The position numbers were made by a program, and so were the translations under genes. Source: Methanomicrobiales archaeon (GTDB lineage: Archaea > Halobacteriota > Methanomicrobia > Methanomicrobiales > JACTUA01). From it: a DNA stretch of 45,603 nt. This document shows, one piece after another, positions 32,500-42,625 of the stretch. The notes under the pieces were generated by a model, which was given only the letters and a program-made list of their open reading frames with translations, was not told the origin of the DNA and ran no database searches. Every line of letters begins with the position of its first letter. Position 1 is the stretch's first letter. The stretch lies in assembly GCA_028678905.1 (NCBI GenBank), contig JAJRCO010000019.1:1-45603 (forward strand), read 5' to 3'.

Positions 32500-32688
32500 A
32501 TCGCTCATTTTTCGCCAAACCCGGCAGGGAATTTCGGTGAAGAATTCCGGTTAAATAAAAAGCACAACAGATGACCCGATGATTCCTTTCGCCAGGGGAA
32601 TTCTGCACTGGATCATGATTTCCAAGAGGAACTTTTCGTCTTATCTCTGAATGCGGAGCTAGTTCAAAACACCCGTTCTTCCGGATTT

Positions 32689-34122
32689 TCAGTACGCCCG
32701 CCCGAGCAAAGCGGGTGCGGCCGGTTTTCCGCAGATGATGCATTGTTCCTCTTTGTTCCCGACCCTTCCGGAGTCGGTGAGCAGGCCCAGCACGTCACCG
32801 CCTGACAAACGGGCCAATGCCTCTGCACATCCGATCTCTCCACACCAGGGAATGATCGCGACCCCAGTCTCCATGGCGGCGGGGATGTCGGAGGATGACT
32901 GTACGCGGCTGATCTGGGCTTCTATACGTTCTTTCGCTTTTGCACGAAGCCGCGATTCGAACCGGGCGTACACTTCTCTCACTTGATCGGCGAGATTTTC
33001 CCGCCTGAGCGCGCTTTTTTCACCATCGCGGGTCACCGCGATCACCGCCCTGGCATCGATATCGCGCGGGCCAATCTCCAGGCGGAGGGGCACACCCCGC
33101 ATCTCCCAGTAGTAGTATTTCGCTCCTGGCCGGAGATCCCGGGTATCCACCTCAATGCGATATCCCACTCCGGACAGATCCTGGGCTAGTGAGGCCGCGT
33201 GGGAGAGGATCTCCTCTCTTCTCTTCCCCACGATAACCGGCACCACGACTATCTGCACCGGCGCCACACAGGGAGGCAGGACCAATCCCCGATCGTCGCC
33301 GTGGATACTAATCAGGGCGGCAATCGATCGTTCGGATATGCCGTAACAGGTCTGCTGGGCAAATTTCTGTTCACCGGAGAGATCCTCGAACTGGATCTGG
33401 AAGGTGCGGGAGAAATGATCTCCCAGGTGATGGGCAGTGCCGATCTGGAGGGTCTTCCCGTCCGGCATCACGGTATCCACGGCGATGGTATAATCCGCAC
33501 CCGGAAATTTGTCCCAGTCCGGTCGACGGGATACCAGAACGGGCACACATAACCGCTCATAGAATTCCCGGTACAGCACGATCGCGTTCCGCACCTGCTC
33601 CTCCGCCTCTTCCCACGTGGCGTGAACTGTGTGAGCCTCTTTAAAAGAGGTGATCTCGCGCAGCCGAATCAGGGGACGGGTATGTTTGGTTTCGTACCGG
33701 AAACTGTTCACCACCTGGTAGATTTTCAGGGGAAGGTCGGCGTGAGATCGGATCCAGAGAGCGTACATAGGGTAGATCGCCGTCTCGCTGGTGGGTCGGA
33801 GCGCTAATGGAATATCAAGATCGCTCAGGCCTCCTCGAGTCACCCAGTAGACCTCATCCTCGAAACCCTTGATATGCTCGGCCTCCTTCATGAACTCGGT
33901 GGCGGGGATGAGCAGCGGAAAGAGTGCCTCCTTATGCTCGCGGTCCATAATCTCACGCAGGATTCCATAGACGGCCCTGCGCATCGCAAATCCGTGCGGA
34001 TACCAGACGTACAACCCCTTCACCGGGTAGCGAACATCCATGATCTCCGCTCTCCACAGCAGTTCGTTGTACCACTCACTGAATGTCTTCTTCGGAGGTA
34101 GTGTACCGGTGTCCTGCTCCAT
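32689..34122 (-). CDS. proS: Proline--tRNA ligase (archaeal/eukaryotic type)
   Basis: 477 aa with [32 protein letters not shown], class II motifs and a C-terminal Zn-binding region (IPWCGEIGC...CIICGKPA). Confidence 0.9.
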   Translation of the reverse strand: MEQDTGTLPPKKTFSEWYNELLWRAEIMDVRYPVKGLYVWYPHGFAMRRAVYGILREIMDREHKEALFPLLIPATEFMKEAEHIKGFEDEVYWVTRGGLSDLDIPLALRPTSETAIYPMYALWIRSHADLPLKIYQVVNSFRYETKHTRPLIRLREITSFKEAHTVHATWEEAEEQVRNAIVLYREFYERLCVPVLVSRRPDWDKFPGADYTIAVDTVMPDGKTLQIGTAHHLGDHFSRTFQIQFEDLSGEQKFAQQTCYGISERSIAALISIHGDDRGLVLPPCVAPVQIVVVPVIVGKRREEILSHAASLAQDLSGVGYRIEVDTRDLRPGAKYYYWEMRGVPLRLEIGPRDIDARAVIAVTRDGEKSALRRENLADQVREVYARFESRLRAKAKERIEAQISRVQSSSDIPAAMETGVAIIPWCGEIGCAEALARLSGGDVLGLLTDSGRVGNKEEQCIICGKPAAPALLGRAY

Positions 34123-34267
34123 GATAGCTCCTGTAAAACGGATTATGCTGCATTCCGCATAAACATCGATGTATTTCTTTCCAATTCCGTGAACTGACCT
34201 GAATTATTTGTTTTCGTGCGTATATAAAAGGCATCTCCTGCAGGAGTCTCATTTCGCACCGACCGGA

Positions 34268-34846
34268 CTACGTGCTTCCTACGGCAATCAGGGAGATCAC
34301 CTGAGGGGTGATGAAGACCTCGATTGCTGCAGCGACGATAACGAGCGGGACAACAAACCGTAGAAATGTCCGGCCCAGGTGCCCACCTGCGGTAGCCGCA
34401 TCCCCCATCCCTTTGAATTCGTCCCAGAGTGCATGGGCGAGGGAAAGACCTAGAGCTCCCGAGATGATGAATGCGGGGATTTCAAAGATCCCGTGCGGTA
34501 GAATGGCCGCGGCCATGAAGAGAAGGCCACGTTCGGTTCCTACGATCCCTATAACACCCCCGATCACCATCCCGTTCAACGAAATGATCAGCAGGGTCAT
34601 CAACCCCAGGGAGGCACCGCCCAGGAACAGGAGGACACAAGCCTCCAGATTGTTAAGGAAGATCTTGGCGAAGAGCGCGAAGCTACCTCCGTCACCCACG
34701 TCAGCAAAGATCTCGTTACGCAAGAAGTCCATCAGGGCTGTTCCGGCCTCTTCATTCGCAGAAACCGCCACAAATCCAAGGGATAGAGCGATGACAAATA
34801 CCACAATTACAGTGGCAAGGGAAGGTCCCAGGGTTCGTTTAAACAT
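34268..34846 (-). CDS. SpoIIM-like (DUF95) membrane protein
   Basis: MFKRTLGPSLATVIVVF...ILPHGIFEIPAFIISGALGL is typical of the PF01944 family. The ATG at 34846 overlaps the upstream gene by 8 nt. Confidence 0.7.
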   Translation of the reverse strand: MFKRTLGPSLATVIVVFVIALSLGFVAVSANEEAGTALMDFLRNEIFADVGDGGSFALFAKIFLNNLEACVLLFLGGASLGLMTLLIISLNGMVIGGVIGIVGTERGLLFMAAAILPHGIFEIPAFIISGALGLSLAHALWDEFKGMGDAATAGGHLGRTFLRFVVPLVIVAAAIEVFITPQVISLIAVGST

Positions 34847-35696
34847 AGAGCACCATTCTTCCCAGGTCGCGAATACCTGGTGCGAGCCCGAGCACAATCA
34901 TGCAGAGCACGATGATAAACCAGAGCTCTCTGTTACCTTCCTTTTTATATTGTTCCAGAATATAAACGGCGGGGATAATCACCGCAAGCTTGAGAAGGAA
35001 CATAGAAAAGGCGGTGCCGGTCAGCGCGATCAGGGTGGAGCCAACCACATGCACCTCCATATAGGGGATGGTATGGAGATCGATTCCATAACTGGTCGCA
35101 CTCGCATCCAGCATATGCCCGAAGATCAGGAATATATACAGCGGATAGGAGACAAACTTCCAACCTGCCAGATAGCGAAGTCCTCCCCACAACAGGAATG
35201 AGGTTGTGGTGGCCAGCCCGAGGATAATGCCTAGCTCGGCGATCCCGATGGTGGTCGACACCAGACCGAAATACAAGAGCACCCCCCCGGTGAAGGTCGC
35301 CGCCGCTACGCCGATCCCCCCGTACAACCGGTAGTACTCCTTCACCAGACCCCTCCTCTCCAGGAGCGATGAGAGGAAAAGGGTGGTGGCGGCCACCAGA
35401 GACACCACGAAAAAAATCAGGGGGGTGACCAACAGGAAGTGGAGATCGGACTGGATCATCCCGGTGTCTTCCACCACCCGGAGCAGACCTCCGAACAGCA
35501 CAAAGGGAAGGGTCGCATACACCAGTTTCTCGTCGACCTGGATGCCGGCCCTTTTTAAGGATCGGTAGATCAGGAACACCGCCACGATCAGAATGATCGC
35601 ATAGGTGAGGGTGTCCACTAGAGTATAGGCTTGACCATACCGGATGGGATCGATGTAATACCGGTAGATAAATTCACGCAGGGGGGAAATATCCAT
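34839..35696 (-). CDS. DUF63 family archaeal membrane protein
   Basis: The 285-aa polytopic ORF has the N-terminus MDISPLREFIYRYYIDPIRYGQAYTLVDTLTYAIIL, which resembles DUF63. Confidence 0.65.
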   Translation of the reverse strand: MDISPLREFIYRYYIDPIRYGQAYTLVDTLTYAIILIVAVFLIYRSLKRAGIQVDEKLVYATLPFVLFGGLLRVVEDTGMIQSDLHFLLVTPLIFFVVSLVAATTLFLSSLLERRGLVKEYYRLYGGIGVAAATFTGGVLLYFGLVSTTIGIAELGIILGLATTTSFLLWGGLRYLAGWKFVSYPLYIFLIFGHMLDASATSYGIDLHTIPYMEVHVVGSTLIALTGTAFSMFLLKLAVIIPAVYILEQYKKEGNRELWFIIVLCMIVLGLAPGIRDLGRMVLYV

Positions 35697-35781
35697 TTAT
35701 GCACTTGTCCTAACACTTCCGGTTGGTGCGGAAAGGCCGTAAATATTTGTAGCTGTACACTCAGAGAGAATCAGAGAGAAC

Positions 35782-36873
35782 ATGAGTGATGCGGTGAGGG
35801 ATGAGGGCGGAGCGGTCCTGAAACGGAAGAAATTTGACAAATCTAAGTGGATGCAGCTGCCACGGGACGTGGTGATCGGCCATGATGTTCTGGATCAGCT
35901 GCCCGCGGTCTGTGCAGACCTGGGCCTCGGCAGATCCGTCCTGATTCTGTCCGGTCACACCACCATGGAGCGGGTTGGCCGCCGGGTGGAAGGTCTGATG
36001 AAGTCCCGCTATCACACTTCCACCCTGATCACTGAGCAGATCTCTACCGAGGTGATTGCACAGACCGAGGAGGCGGCCCGGGAGGCGGCCTTCCTGATTG
36101 GTGTGGGAGGAGGTCGGGTCATCGACACGGCCAAGATCGCGTCCTACAACCTGGATAAACCGTTCATCAGCATTCCTACCGCCGCATCCCACGATGGTAT
36201 CGCCTCCGCCCGGGCTTCGGTCCCCACCGGGGAGGGCAGCGTCTCTCTCCAGGCACAGCCTCCTCTCGCCCTGATCGCAGACACCTCCATCATTGCCGAG
36301 GCACCACACCGCCTCCTTGCCTCCGGCTGCGCCGATATCATCTCCAATTCGACCGCCACCCTGGACTGGGAGTTTGCCCATCGGCTGCGCAACGAGGCGG
36401 TGAGCGAGTACGCGATGGGGCTCTCCCGGATGACCGCTGAGCTGCTGATGAAGAATGCAGATCTGATTAAACCGAACCAGGAGGAGAGCGCCTGGATCGT
36501 CACCAAGGCCCTGGTATCGTCCGGGGTGGCCATGAGCATCGCCGGCTCGTCCCGCCCCGGAAGCGGGGGGGAACACAAGTTCAGCCATGCACTGGACAGG
36601 CTTGCACCTGGAAGAGGATTGCACGGGGAGAAGTGTGGGATCGGCACTATCATCACCATGTACCTGCATGGTGGCGATTGGAGAGCTATCCGCAGGGCAC
36701 TGCACATCATAGGTGCACCGGTGACCCCCCGTGAAATCGGGGTGGATGACGAAACGGCCGCGGATGCGCTGCTGGCGGCAAAAGATGTACGTCCGGAGCG
36801 GTTCACTATCCTCGATATGGGACTCACCCGCGAATCGGCACGGGAACTCATCCGGATGTTGTATCAGGACTGA
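35782..36873 (+). CDS. egsA: sn-glycerol-1-phosphate dehydrogenase
   Basis: 363 aa with MQLPRDVVIGHDVL, GVGGGRVIDTAKIASY and IPTAASHDGIAS, an iron-ADH fold typical of archaeal G1PDH. Confidence 0.85.
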   Translation: MSDAVRDEGGAVLKRKKFDKSKWMQLPRDVVIGHDVLDQLPAVCADLGLGRSVLILSGHTTMERVGRRVEGLMKSRYHTSTLITEQISTEVIAQTEEAAREAAFLIGVGGGRVIDTAKIASYNLDKPFISIPTAASHDGIASARASVPTGEGSVSLQAQPPLALIADTSIIAEAPHRLLASGCADIISNSTATLDWEFAHRLRNEAVSEYAMGLSRMTAELLMKNADLIKPNQEESAWIVTKALVSSGVAMSIAGSSRPGSGGEHKFSHALDRLAPGRGLHGEKCGIGTIITMYLHGGDWRAIRRALHIIGAPVTPREIGVDDETAADALLAAKDVRPERFTILDMGLTRESARELIRMLYQD

Positions 36874-36875
36874 TC

Positions 36876-37319
36876 ATGACCAAGACCAAGATCACCCTCA
36901 TCGGAACACACCTGGCCAGGCCGGGTCTGGAGTTCGTCTACCAGGGTCCTCTTCCCGAGTGCGAGAACTGCAAGGTCCGCAAGGCCTGTCACAACCTCCA
37001 GGCGGGAAGGCGTTACCGGATCATGGCGGTGCGCAGCGCCTCACGGCACGACTGTCCGGTGCACCGGGACGGCGCCTGTGCGGTGGACGTAATCGAATCC
37101 CCGCTCGTCGCCCTGGTAAATGCGGATATGGCCATCGTGAATTCCACCATCCACTATACCACGGGTTGTTCAAAGATAGAGTGCCGGAGCCATGAACTCT
37201 GCAGCCCGGATGGCATCATAGAGGGTGAGAGGTACGTCATCGGAGAGGTCTTGGGCAATGCCCCGGATGTCTGCGAGCGAGGCCGGATTCTGAAACTGGT
37301 GGAGTTGCGCCCTCCTTAA
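36876..37319 (+). CDS. UPF0179 family archaeal protein
   Basis: 147 aa: ITLIG...EFVYQGPLPECENCKVRKACHNL...YRI. This is a Cys-rich pattern of the UPF0179 family. It starts 2 nt after egsA. Confidence 0.65.
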   Translation: MTKTKITLIGTHLARPGLEFVYQGPLPECENCKVRKACHNLQAGRRYRIMAVRSASRHDCPVHRDGACAVDVIESPLVALVNADMAIVNSTIHYTTGCSKIECRSHELCSPDGIIEGERYVIGEVLGNAPDVCERGRILKLVELRPP

Positions 37320-37340
37320 GAAAGATGGCGTTCTTCTGCC

Positions 37341-37356
37341 GGGGATCTTTTTTTAG
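37341..37356 (+). terminator. Oligo-T terminator after the UPF0179 gene
   Basis: ggggatctttttttag lies about 25 nt after the stop codon. Confidence 0.45.
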
Positions 37357-37583
37357 CTTTGTGGAAGCAGCCGTTTGAGCCCGACGAGCGATTTCACTTT
37401 TTTTTGTACGTATTCTGACAGGTGACTCATTCTTTCGGTATAAAGAGGAACAGACATCTCCGGTGTCCGGTCCAAAAAAAACTCCCTTTTTCTCCGGTCA
37501 GTCCTGATGAACCAGGAAGAGCAGAAGGGGAAGTCTACCTGCACCGCGCGTCACGATGTTGCGAGCGGGCCCTGGGCGAAAAA

Positions 37584-38456
37584 TTACTGTTCGGCTGTCA
37601 TCCACAACCGGTGCGCTACCTGCCGGATCTCTGCTGCATCCTGCAATCCCTCTATCCATCGGACCGGGATCGCCGCATACCCCCAGTGCGCACCCGAGAG
37701 CACTCCGGTCAAAGCTCCCACGGTATCCGTGTCTCCCCCGCGGTTCACCGCACCGATCAGCGCCTCTTCAAGGGAATGAGAAGAAAGGAAGACCGATATG
37801 GCGGCGTGAGTGGTTAGGAGCGCATCGAGAGAGGGTTTGATCGGATACCTCCAGTACCGCGAGAGCATGCCCACCACCTCGTCGCTTCCGCAAATCAGGA
37901 GGGCATCGCGTAGGGCATGTTCAGGAAGGGAACCGCGTGCCAGGCGGGAAACCATTACATTTACGATCGCGGAACACTCCCCAGTGACCGGATCGAGATG
38001 GGTGAGGCGAGAACAGGCCAGGCTCACTTCCCTCACGTACTCAGGGTCACGGAAATACAGCCCCAGAGGGGGACCCCGCATCACGCTCCCGTTGCTGCGA
38101 CTCCCCCTCGCTTCGTGTACCCGACGTGCCGCCTGGTCTCCAGGCACCCCACGGAGGATCTGTTCGAACACCGCGGTGGAGGTCGGCCCATAAAAGCCCG
38201 GATCCCGCCGGTACATTTCAAGCAAACCATGCAGGATGTCCTCCGGATCGAACCCTCCCCGGCCGATCAGGGAACGGGCCACTGCGAGTGCCTGACAGGT
38301 ATCATCGGTGACGCAGCCTGCCTTTCGGTTACAGGGACCTCCCCCGGTCATATCGCGCACCGGCACCGGGGGCGGGGGAAGTCCTTCTACCGGCGCACCC
38401 AGTGCATCTCCTATCGCAAACCCCAGGATGCCCCCTAGGGTTCGTGGTTCGGTCAA
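37584..38456 (-). CDS. ADP-ribosylglycohydrolase family protein
   Basis: GGILGFAIGDALGAPVEG lies near the N-terminus and GGDTDTVGALTGVLSGA near the C-terminus. I place the start at the TTG at 38456 (MTEPRTLGG...). The track ORF extends to 38528, but those extra 24 codons run through the AT-rich divergent promoter. Confidence 0.8.
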   Translation of the reverse strand: MTEPRTLGGILGFAIGDALGAPVEGLPPPPVPVRDMTGGGPCNRKAGCVTDDTCQALAVARSLIGRGGFDPEDILHGLLEMYRRDPGFYGPTSTAVFEQILRGVPGDQAARRVHEARGSRSNGSVMRGPPLGLYFRDPEYVREVSLACSRLTHLDPVTGECSAIVNVMVSRLARGSLPEHALRDALLICGSDEVVGMLSRYWRYPIKPSLDALLTTHAAISVFLSSHSLEEALIGAVNRGGDTDTVGALTGVLSGAHWGYAAIPVRWIEGLQDAAEIRQVAHRLWMTAEQ

Positions 38457-38522
38457 TATAAAGATCACCAATAAAGTATATCTATCCTCGAAAAATAGTA
38501 GTGTGTAGGATAAGGTGAGAGC

Positions 38523-38792
38523 GTGCAAAAGGAGGAGTTGCTACATCTGCATATGCTTCTGGTACACATCAAGCGTTATTACGAGAACGCAACCGGTGAA
38601 GAAATCTCTGCTGAAAAATACTCTTCTCTGTATGTTTCCCCCGTTCACATCCATAAAAACAAAGTCCTGCACAAGAAGGCTATTCTAACCCTTGGTGAAG
38701 AGATCGTGCAACATATCCACAGTCATCAACCGGCAGTCGTGGTAGGCTACACCCCTGAGGTGCGCACGGAGCAGGTGGCGGTTCAGCACTAA
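38523..38792 (+). CDS. UPF0058 family archaeal protein
   Basis: 89 aa: MQKEELLHLHMLLVHIKRYYE...VSPVHIHKNKVLHKKAIL resembles the UPF0058 pattern (KEELxxLHxxL...HHIH) as remembered. Confidence 0.55.
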   Translation: MQKEELLHLHMLLVHIKRYYENATGEEISAEKYSSLYVSPVHIHKNKVLHKKAILTLGEEIVQHIHSHQPAVVVGYTPEVRTEQVAVQH

Positions 38793-38795
38793 TCC

Positions 38796-40367
38796 ATGGA
38801 TGAGGGCATTGTATACCGGGAGATCATCTCCCGAATCTTTTCTGCAGGGGATACTGTCGATCTCCATCAAATCAAACTTGAAGTCTGCCGCAAGCACGGA
38901 TTTTCCCGCGTCCCCAAGAATTCCGAGATTCTGGCCGCCGCCGGAATAGGGGAGCGGGAGGCTTTGCGGGACGTCCTTCTCCTCAAACCCACCCGCACGC
39001 TCTCCGGGGTTGCTCCAGTCGCCGTCATGACCTCGCCGTTTCCCTGCCCCCATGGTAAATGCCTCCCCTGTCCTGGAGGCCCGGATCATCCTTTCCACTC
39101 TCCCCAGAGTTACACCGGGGAAGAACCGGCCGCGCTTCGCGCCCGTCAGCACAGGTTCGACCCCTATGAGCAGGTGGAGGCCCGTCTCGAACAGTACGAG
39201 GCTCTCGGCCATCCGGTGGGGAAGGTCGAACTGATCGTCATGGGAGGTACCATGACCGCCAGGCCGTTTACCTACCAGGAGGAGTTTGTGGCGAGGTGCA
39301 TCCAGGCAATGAACGAGTACGGGGGAGAGAAAGAGAATTTTATCTCTCCCTGGGAAACCCTTGCGGAGAGAAACGAGACCTCCTCCGTCCGCTGCATCGC
39401 CATTACCTTCGAGACCCGCCCGGACTGGTGCAGACACCAGGAGATCGCGCATATGGTTACTATGGGAGTGACCAAGGTGGAGCTCGGAGTACAGCACCTG
39501 GATGATGCCATTCTCTCCCTGAACCGGCGCGGGTGTACCGTAGAAGACACCGTCCAGGCCAACACCCTGTTACGCGATGCCGGTCTTAAGGTAGGTTTCC
39601 ACATGATGCCCAACCTGCCGGGCAGCACCCTGGAAAAAGACCGCGGTATGTTCCGAGAACTATTTGAGAATCCTTCTTTCCGGCCCGATTTCCTCAAGAT
39701 CTATCCCACTCTGGTCACCCCAGGTTCGGAGATCGAGCGCCTCTGGCAGGAGGGCAAGTACCGGCCGTACCGGGAGGAAGAGCTGGTAGACCTCATCGCG
39801 GAGGCGAAATCCTTCCTTCCCGAGTACCTCCGCCTTCAGAGGATCCAGCGGGACATCCCGGCCAGACTGATCGTCGCCGGTTCCCGGCACAGCAATTTTC
39901 GCCAGCTGGTACAGGAGCGGCTCCGAGAACGGGGCAGATCGTGCCGCTGCATCCGCTGCCGCGAGGCAGGACGGTGTGACTCCGGAGGGGAGCCGGAGCT
40001 ACGAGATACCCGGTACTCCTGTTGCGGAGGAGAGGAGTATTTCCTATCCACGGTTTCAGGGTCCTCCCTGATCGGATTTGCCCGACTCCGCTTTCCGGGC
40101 AGTTCATTCGCTCCAGAGCTGCAGGGGTGTGCACTCCTTCGTGAACTCCACGTCTATGGAGAGATGGTTCCGGTCGGCAGCGCCCCTCGGAAATCAGCGT
40201 GGCAGCACCGCAAGTTCGGGGAAGAGCTGCTGGAGTTCGCGGAGGAGAAAGCGGCGGCAGGAGGTTATTCCCGTATGGCCGTACTCAGCGGTATCGGCGT
40301 ACGACCCTACTATCGGAAACATGGTTATCTCCGCAGGGGACCTTATATGGAGAAACGGATCCCATGA
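38796..40367 (+). CDS. elp3: tRNA uridine(34) carboxymethyl-modification radical SAM/GNAT enzyme Elp3
   Basis: 523 aa with KPTRTLSGVAPVAVMTSP.PCPHGKCLPCPGGP, a radical-SAM core and a C-terminal GNAT domain (QHRKFGEELL). Confidence 0.9.
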   Translation: MDEGIVYREIISRIFSAGDTVDLHQIKLEVCRKHGFSRVPKNSEILAAAGIGEREALRDVLLLKPTRTLSGVAPVAVMTSPFPCPHGKCLPCPGGPDHPFHSPQSYTGEEPAALRARQHRFDPYEQVEARLEQYEALGHPVGKVELIVMGGTMTARPFTYQEEFVARCIQAMNEYGGEKENFISPWETLAERNETSSVRCIAITFETRPDWCRHQEIAHMVTMGVTKVELGVQHLDDAILSLNRRGCTVEDTVQANTLLRDAGLKVGFHMMPNLPGSTLEKDRGMFRELFENPSFRPDFLKIYPTLVTPGSEIERLWQEGKYRPYREEELVDLIAEAKSFLPEYLRLQRIQRDIPARLIVAGSRHSNFRQLVQERLRERGRSCRCIRCREAGRCDSGGEPELRDTRYSCCGGEEYFLSTVSGSSLIGFARLRFPGSSFAPELQGCALLRELHVYGEMVPVGSAPRKSAWQHRKFGEELLEFAEEKAAAGGYSRMAVLSGIGVRPYYRKHGYLRRGPYMEKRIP

Positions 40368-41503
40368 AGCCCGCCACCCTCGCCTTCCTCCGGCAGTGCT
40401 TTTATGAATATTTCCAGAGAGGGTATGTGATTCCGCCTCCCTCCCTGGATGAACGGGAGTGGGGGTTCATCTTCTTTGATCCAGCCTACCCGGAGATCCG
40501 GATGTGCCGGCATATGTCGTTTGGAGGATCACGGGAGCTCGAGGATTATCTGAGGGCAGTGGTCCCCGCCCATGCGTTCCACTCAGCAGCTTATTACGCC
40601 CGTCCGGGCGCACCCACCATGGCGGAGAAGGGATGGACAGGGGCCGACCTGATCTTCGATCTGGACGCCGATCACCTGATGCGGGGGCCTTACCACCTGA
40701 TGCTCGCTCGGGTGAAGGAGGAGACCCTGAAACTGCTAGATATGATCACCGGTGAGCTGGGTTTTGATCCCCGGCACCTCCAGGTGGTCTTTTCCGGCGG
40801 GCGGGGTTATCATATCCACATTCGTGACCCCTCGGTGCGGCAATGGGGAAGCCAGGAACGGCGTGAGATGATCGATTATGTCTGTGGCACCGGCATCGAT
40901 GCAAAGGCAATGCTTGAGAAGAAGAGGGGTGAGACGACCGGATGGCGCCTCCGATACCGGGAGGCGCTGCGTGCGTACCTGGAGTGGCTGAAGTCACTCC
41001 CCCTGGAGCAGGCAGAGGAACATCTGACCACAAGAGGAACAGGAAAGAAAGCGGCAGCTTATTTTCGGGAGAGGATTGAAGAACACCTCGGATCCCTTCG
41101 CCAGGGTCAGATCGGAGGGCTCCTGCGAGATCGTACCCTCCGGCTGCTACTCACCGATGAGAACCCGGAGTTGTTGGGGCAGATCCGGGAGCGGGGAGCC
41201 CTCGCCGACGAGCCGGTGACCACAGACACCAAGCGCCTTATCCGGATGCCCAGCTCTCTGCACGGTGGAAGCGGGTTGCGGGTCACCCCACTAGCGATCA
41301 GGGATCTTGGTGACTTCGACCCCCTGATCGATGCGGTGGTGTTTGGGGATCGGGGTGTACCGGTGGAACCATCAGTATCACTCACCATCCAGATGCTGGG
41401 AAATAGCTATATCATCGAAAAAGGCAAGATCACTACCGTTCCTGAAGCGCTGGCCATCTTCCTCTGCTGCCGGACGATGGCAGAGATTGCCGGAGGTTCC
41501 TGA
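40364..41503 (+). CDS. priS: DNA primase small (catalytic) subunit PriS
   Basis: The internal ATG at 40364 makes an ATGA overlap with elp3. The sequence has REWGF, the catalytic GADLIFDLDADHL motif, VFSGGRGYHIHI and IRMPSSLHG. Confidence 0.9.
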   Translation: MKPATLAFLRQCFYEYFQRGYVIPPPSLDEREWGFIFFDPAYPEIRMCRHMSFGGSRELEDYLRAVVPAHAFHSAAYYARPGAPTMAEKGWTGADLIFDLDADHLMRGPYHLMLARVKEETLKLLDMITGELGFDPRHLQVVFSGGRGYHIHIRDPSVRQWGSQERREMIDYVCGTGIDAKAMLEKKRGETTGWRLRYREALRAYLEWLKSLPLEQAEEHLTTRGTGKKAAAYFRERIEEHLGSLRQGQIGGLLRDRTLRLLLTDENPELLGQIRERGALADEPVTTDTKRLIRMPSSLHGGSGLRVTPLAIRDLGDFDPLIDAVVFGDRGVPVEPSVSLTIQMLGNSYIIEKGKITTVPEALAIFLCCRTMAEIAGGS

Positions 41504-42099
41504 TGCATCTGGACAATCTGCGAAATATCATCCTGAACGAGCGTGAATCGGCACGATTGAGCGAGATCTCCCCGGATACCTACGAGGCCGCCCGAAAGTA
41601 CCTGAGAGAGCTCCAGGAACATGTGTATGAAGCGAAAGATCCCCTGAGCGAGGAGACCCGGACCCTCATCGAGGAGATCCACTCCCTGCGGGAGACCATT
41701 CGGGAGCTGTTTCAGATCCGGTCCCGTAAGATCCTTGCCCTGGCCGGAGCTCGCATGGAGACCCCGGTGGATCGGGAAGAGACCAAGAAGATGATCCCAC
41801 CGGAGCGGGAGATGTACCGGATCATCCTTTCCGCACTGGAAGACTGCCGCTGCACCACCACCGAAGGAAGGACCGGTCCCGTCGTCACTCCGGCCACAGA
41901 AGAGATAACGGAAAAGGAGGATACTCCACTACCGGAAAACGGACAGATGGTCGTACGCATGCTGGCGGATGTAGAGGCTTTCCTGGGAGTGGATGGGCGG
42001 ATCTATACCCTGAAAAAGGAGGACGTGGTGACCCTTCCCCGCATCAATGCCGAGGTGCTGTGCGACCACAACATAGCCTTAAATATAAAGCCCGGCTGA
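41503..42099 (+). CDS. GINS complex subunit (Gins51/Gins15-type)
   Basis: 198 aa. The N-terminal helical domain reads LRNIILNERESARLSEISPDTYEAARKYL. The position immediately after priS (TGATG overlap) matches the conserved archaeal priS-gins pairing. Confidence 0.65.
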   Translation: MHLDNLRNIILNERESARLSEISPDTYEAARKYLRELQEHVYEAKDPLSEETRTLIEEIHSLRETIRELFQIRSRKILALAGARMETPVDREETKKMIPPEREMYRIILSALEDCRCTTTEGRTGPVVTPATEEITEKEDTPLPENGQMVVRMLADVEAFLGVDGRIYTLKKEDVVTLPRINAEVLCDHNIALNIKPG

Positions 42100-42141
42100 T
42101 TATTATGGTATTCGTTTGATTTCCCGAGAGGTATTTATTTT

Positions 42142-42420
42142 ATGAAAATGCCAGTTAAATTCAGGACCTACTGTCCGTTCTGCCGGACCCACCAGATCCA
42201 TGAGGTGGAAAAGGTCAAGAAGGGCAAGACCCGCGGTCTGAACTGGATCGACCGCCAGAAAGCCCGGCGGGGAGCAGTGGGCAACCGGGGCAAATTCAGC
42301 AAAGTTCCCGGAGGGGATAAGCCCACCAAAAAGATCAATGTCCGGTACCGTTGCACCGTGTGCAAAAAAGCACACCTGCGGGCGGGATTCCGGGCCGGTA
42401 AATTCGAACTTACGGAGTGA
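42142..42420 (+). CDS. rpl44e: 50S ribosomal protein L44e (eL42)
   Basis: 92 aa: [22 protein letters not shown]...[10 protein letters not shown], a zinc-ribbon r-protein. Confidence 0.9.
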   Translation: MKMPVKFRTYCPFCRTHQIHEVEKVKKGKTRGLNWIDRQKARRGAVGNRGKFSKVPGGDKPTKKINVRYRCTVCKKAHLRAGFRAGKFELTE

Positions 42421-42426
42421 CCGAGC

Positions 42427-42615
42427 ATGGTGCGTGCGAAGAGGGCAAACCGCAGCAAATTCTTTCGGGTGAAATGCCCGGATTGCGAGAACGAGCAGAT
42501 CATCTTCGAAAAGGCGAGCACCGTGGTGGACTGTGTGGTCTGCGGACGAGTGCTCGCGGAGCCGACCGGGGGAAAAATCTCCCTGAAGGCAGAGAAAATC
42601 GCCGAGCTTACCTAA
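42427..42615 (+). CDS. rps27e: 30S ribosomal protein S27e
   Basis: 62 aa: [39 protein letters not shown]. Confidence 0.9.
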   Translation: MVRAKRANRSKFFRVKCPDCENEQIIFEKASTVVDCVVCGRVLAEPTGGKISLKAEKIAELT

Positions 42616-42625
42616 AGGAGATACG

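Noticed and set aside
34308-35201. A 297-aa plus-strand ORF across the SpoIIM-like and DUF63 genes.
   Set aside because: It is antisense to two membrane-protein genes with coherent TM patterns. Its own sequence is a basic, low-complexity shadow.
35761-36851. Two long minus-strand ORFs (35761..36705 and 36144..36851) opposite egsA.
   Set aside because: Their composition is Arg/Gly/Pro/Ala-rich with no recognisable domain. The plus strand encodes a textbook G1P dehydrogenase.
37353-37544. A 63-aa minus-strand ORF between the UPF0179 and ADP-ribosylglycohydrolase genes.
   Set aside because: It lies across oligo-T terminator runs of two convergent genes. It has no RBS or motif.
37500-37575. A possible C/D box sRNA (cUGAUGA at about 37504) in the convergent intergenic region.
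   Set aside because: No matching D box (CUGA) or C'/D' pair lies at the expected spacing, and no terminal stem is present.
38685-39497. A 270-aa minus-strand ORF opposite elp3 and the UPF0058 gene.
   Set aside because: It is a shadow ORF. Elp3 motifs on the plus strand are unambiguous.
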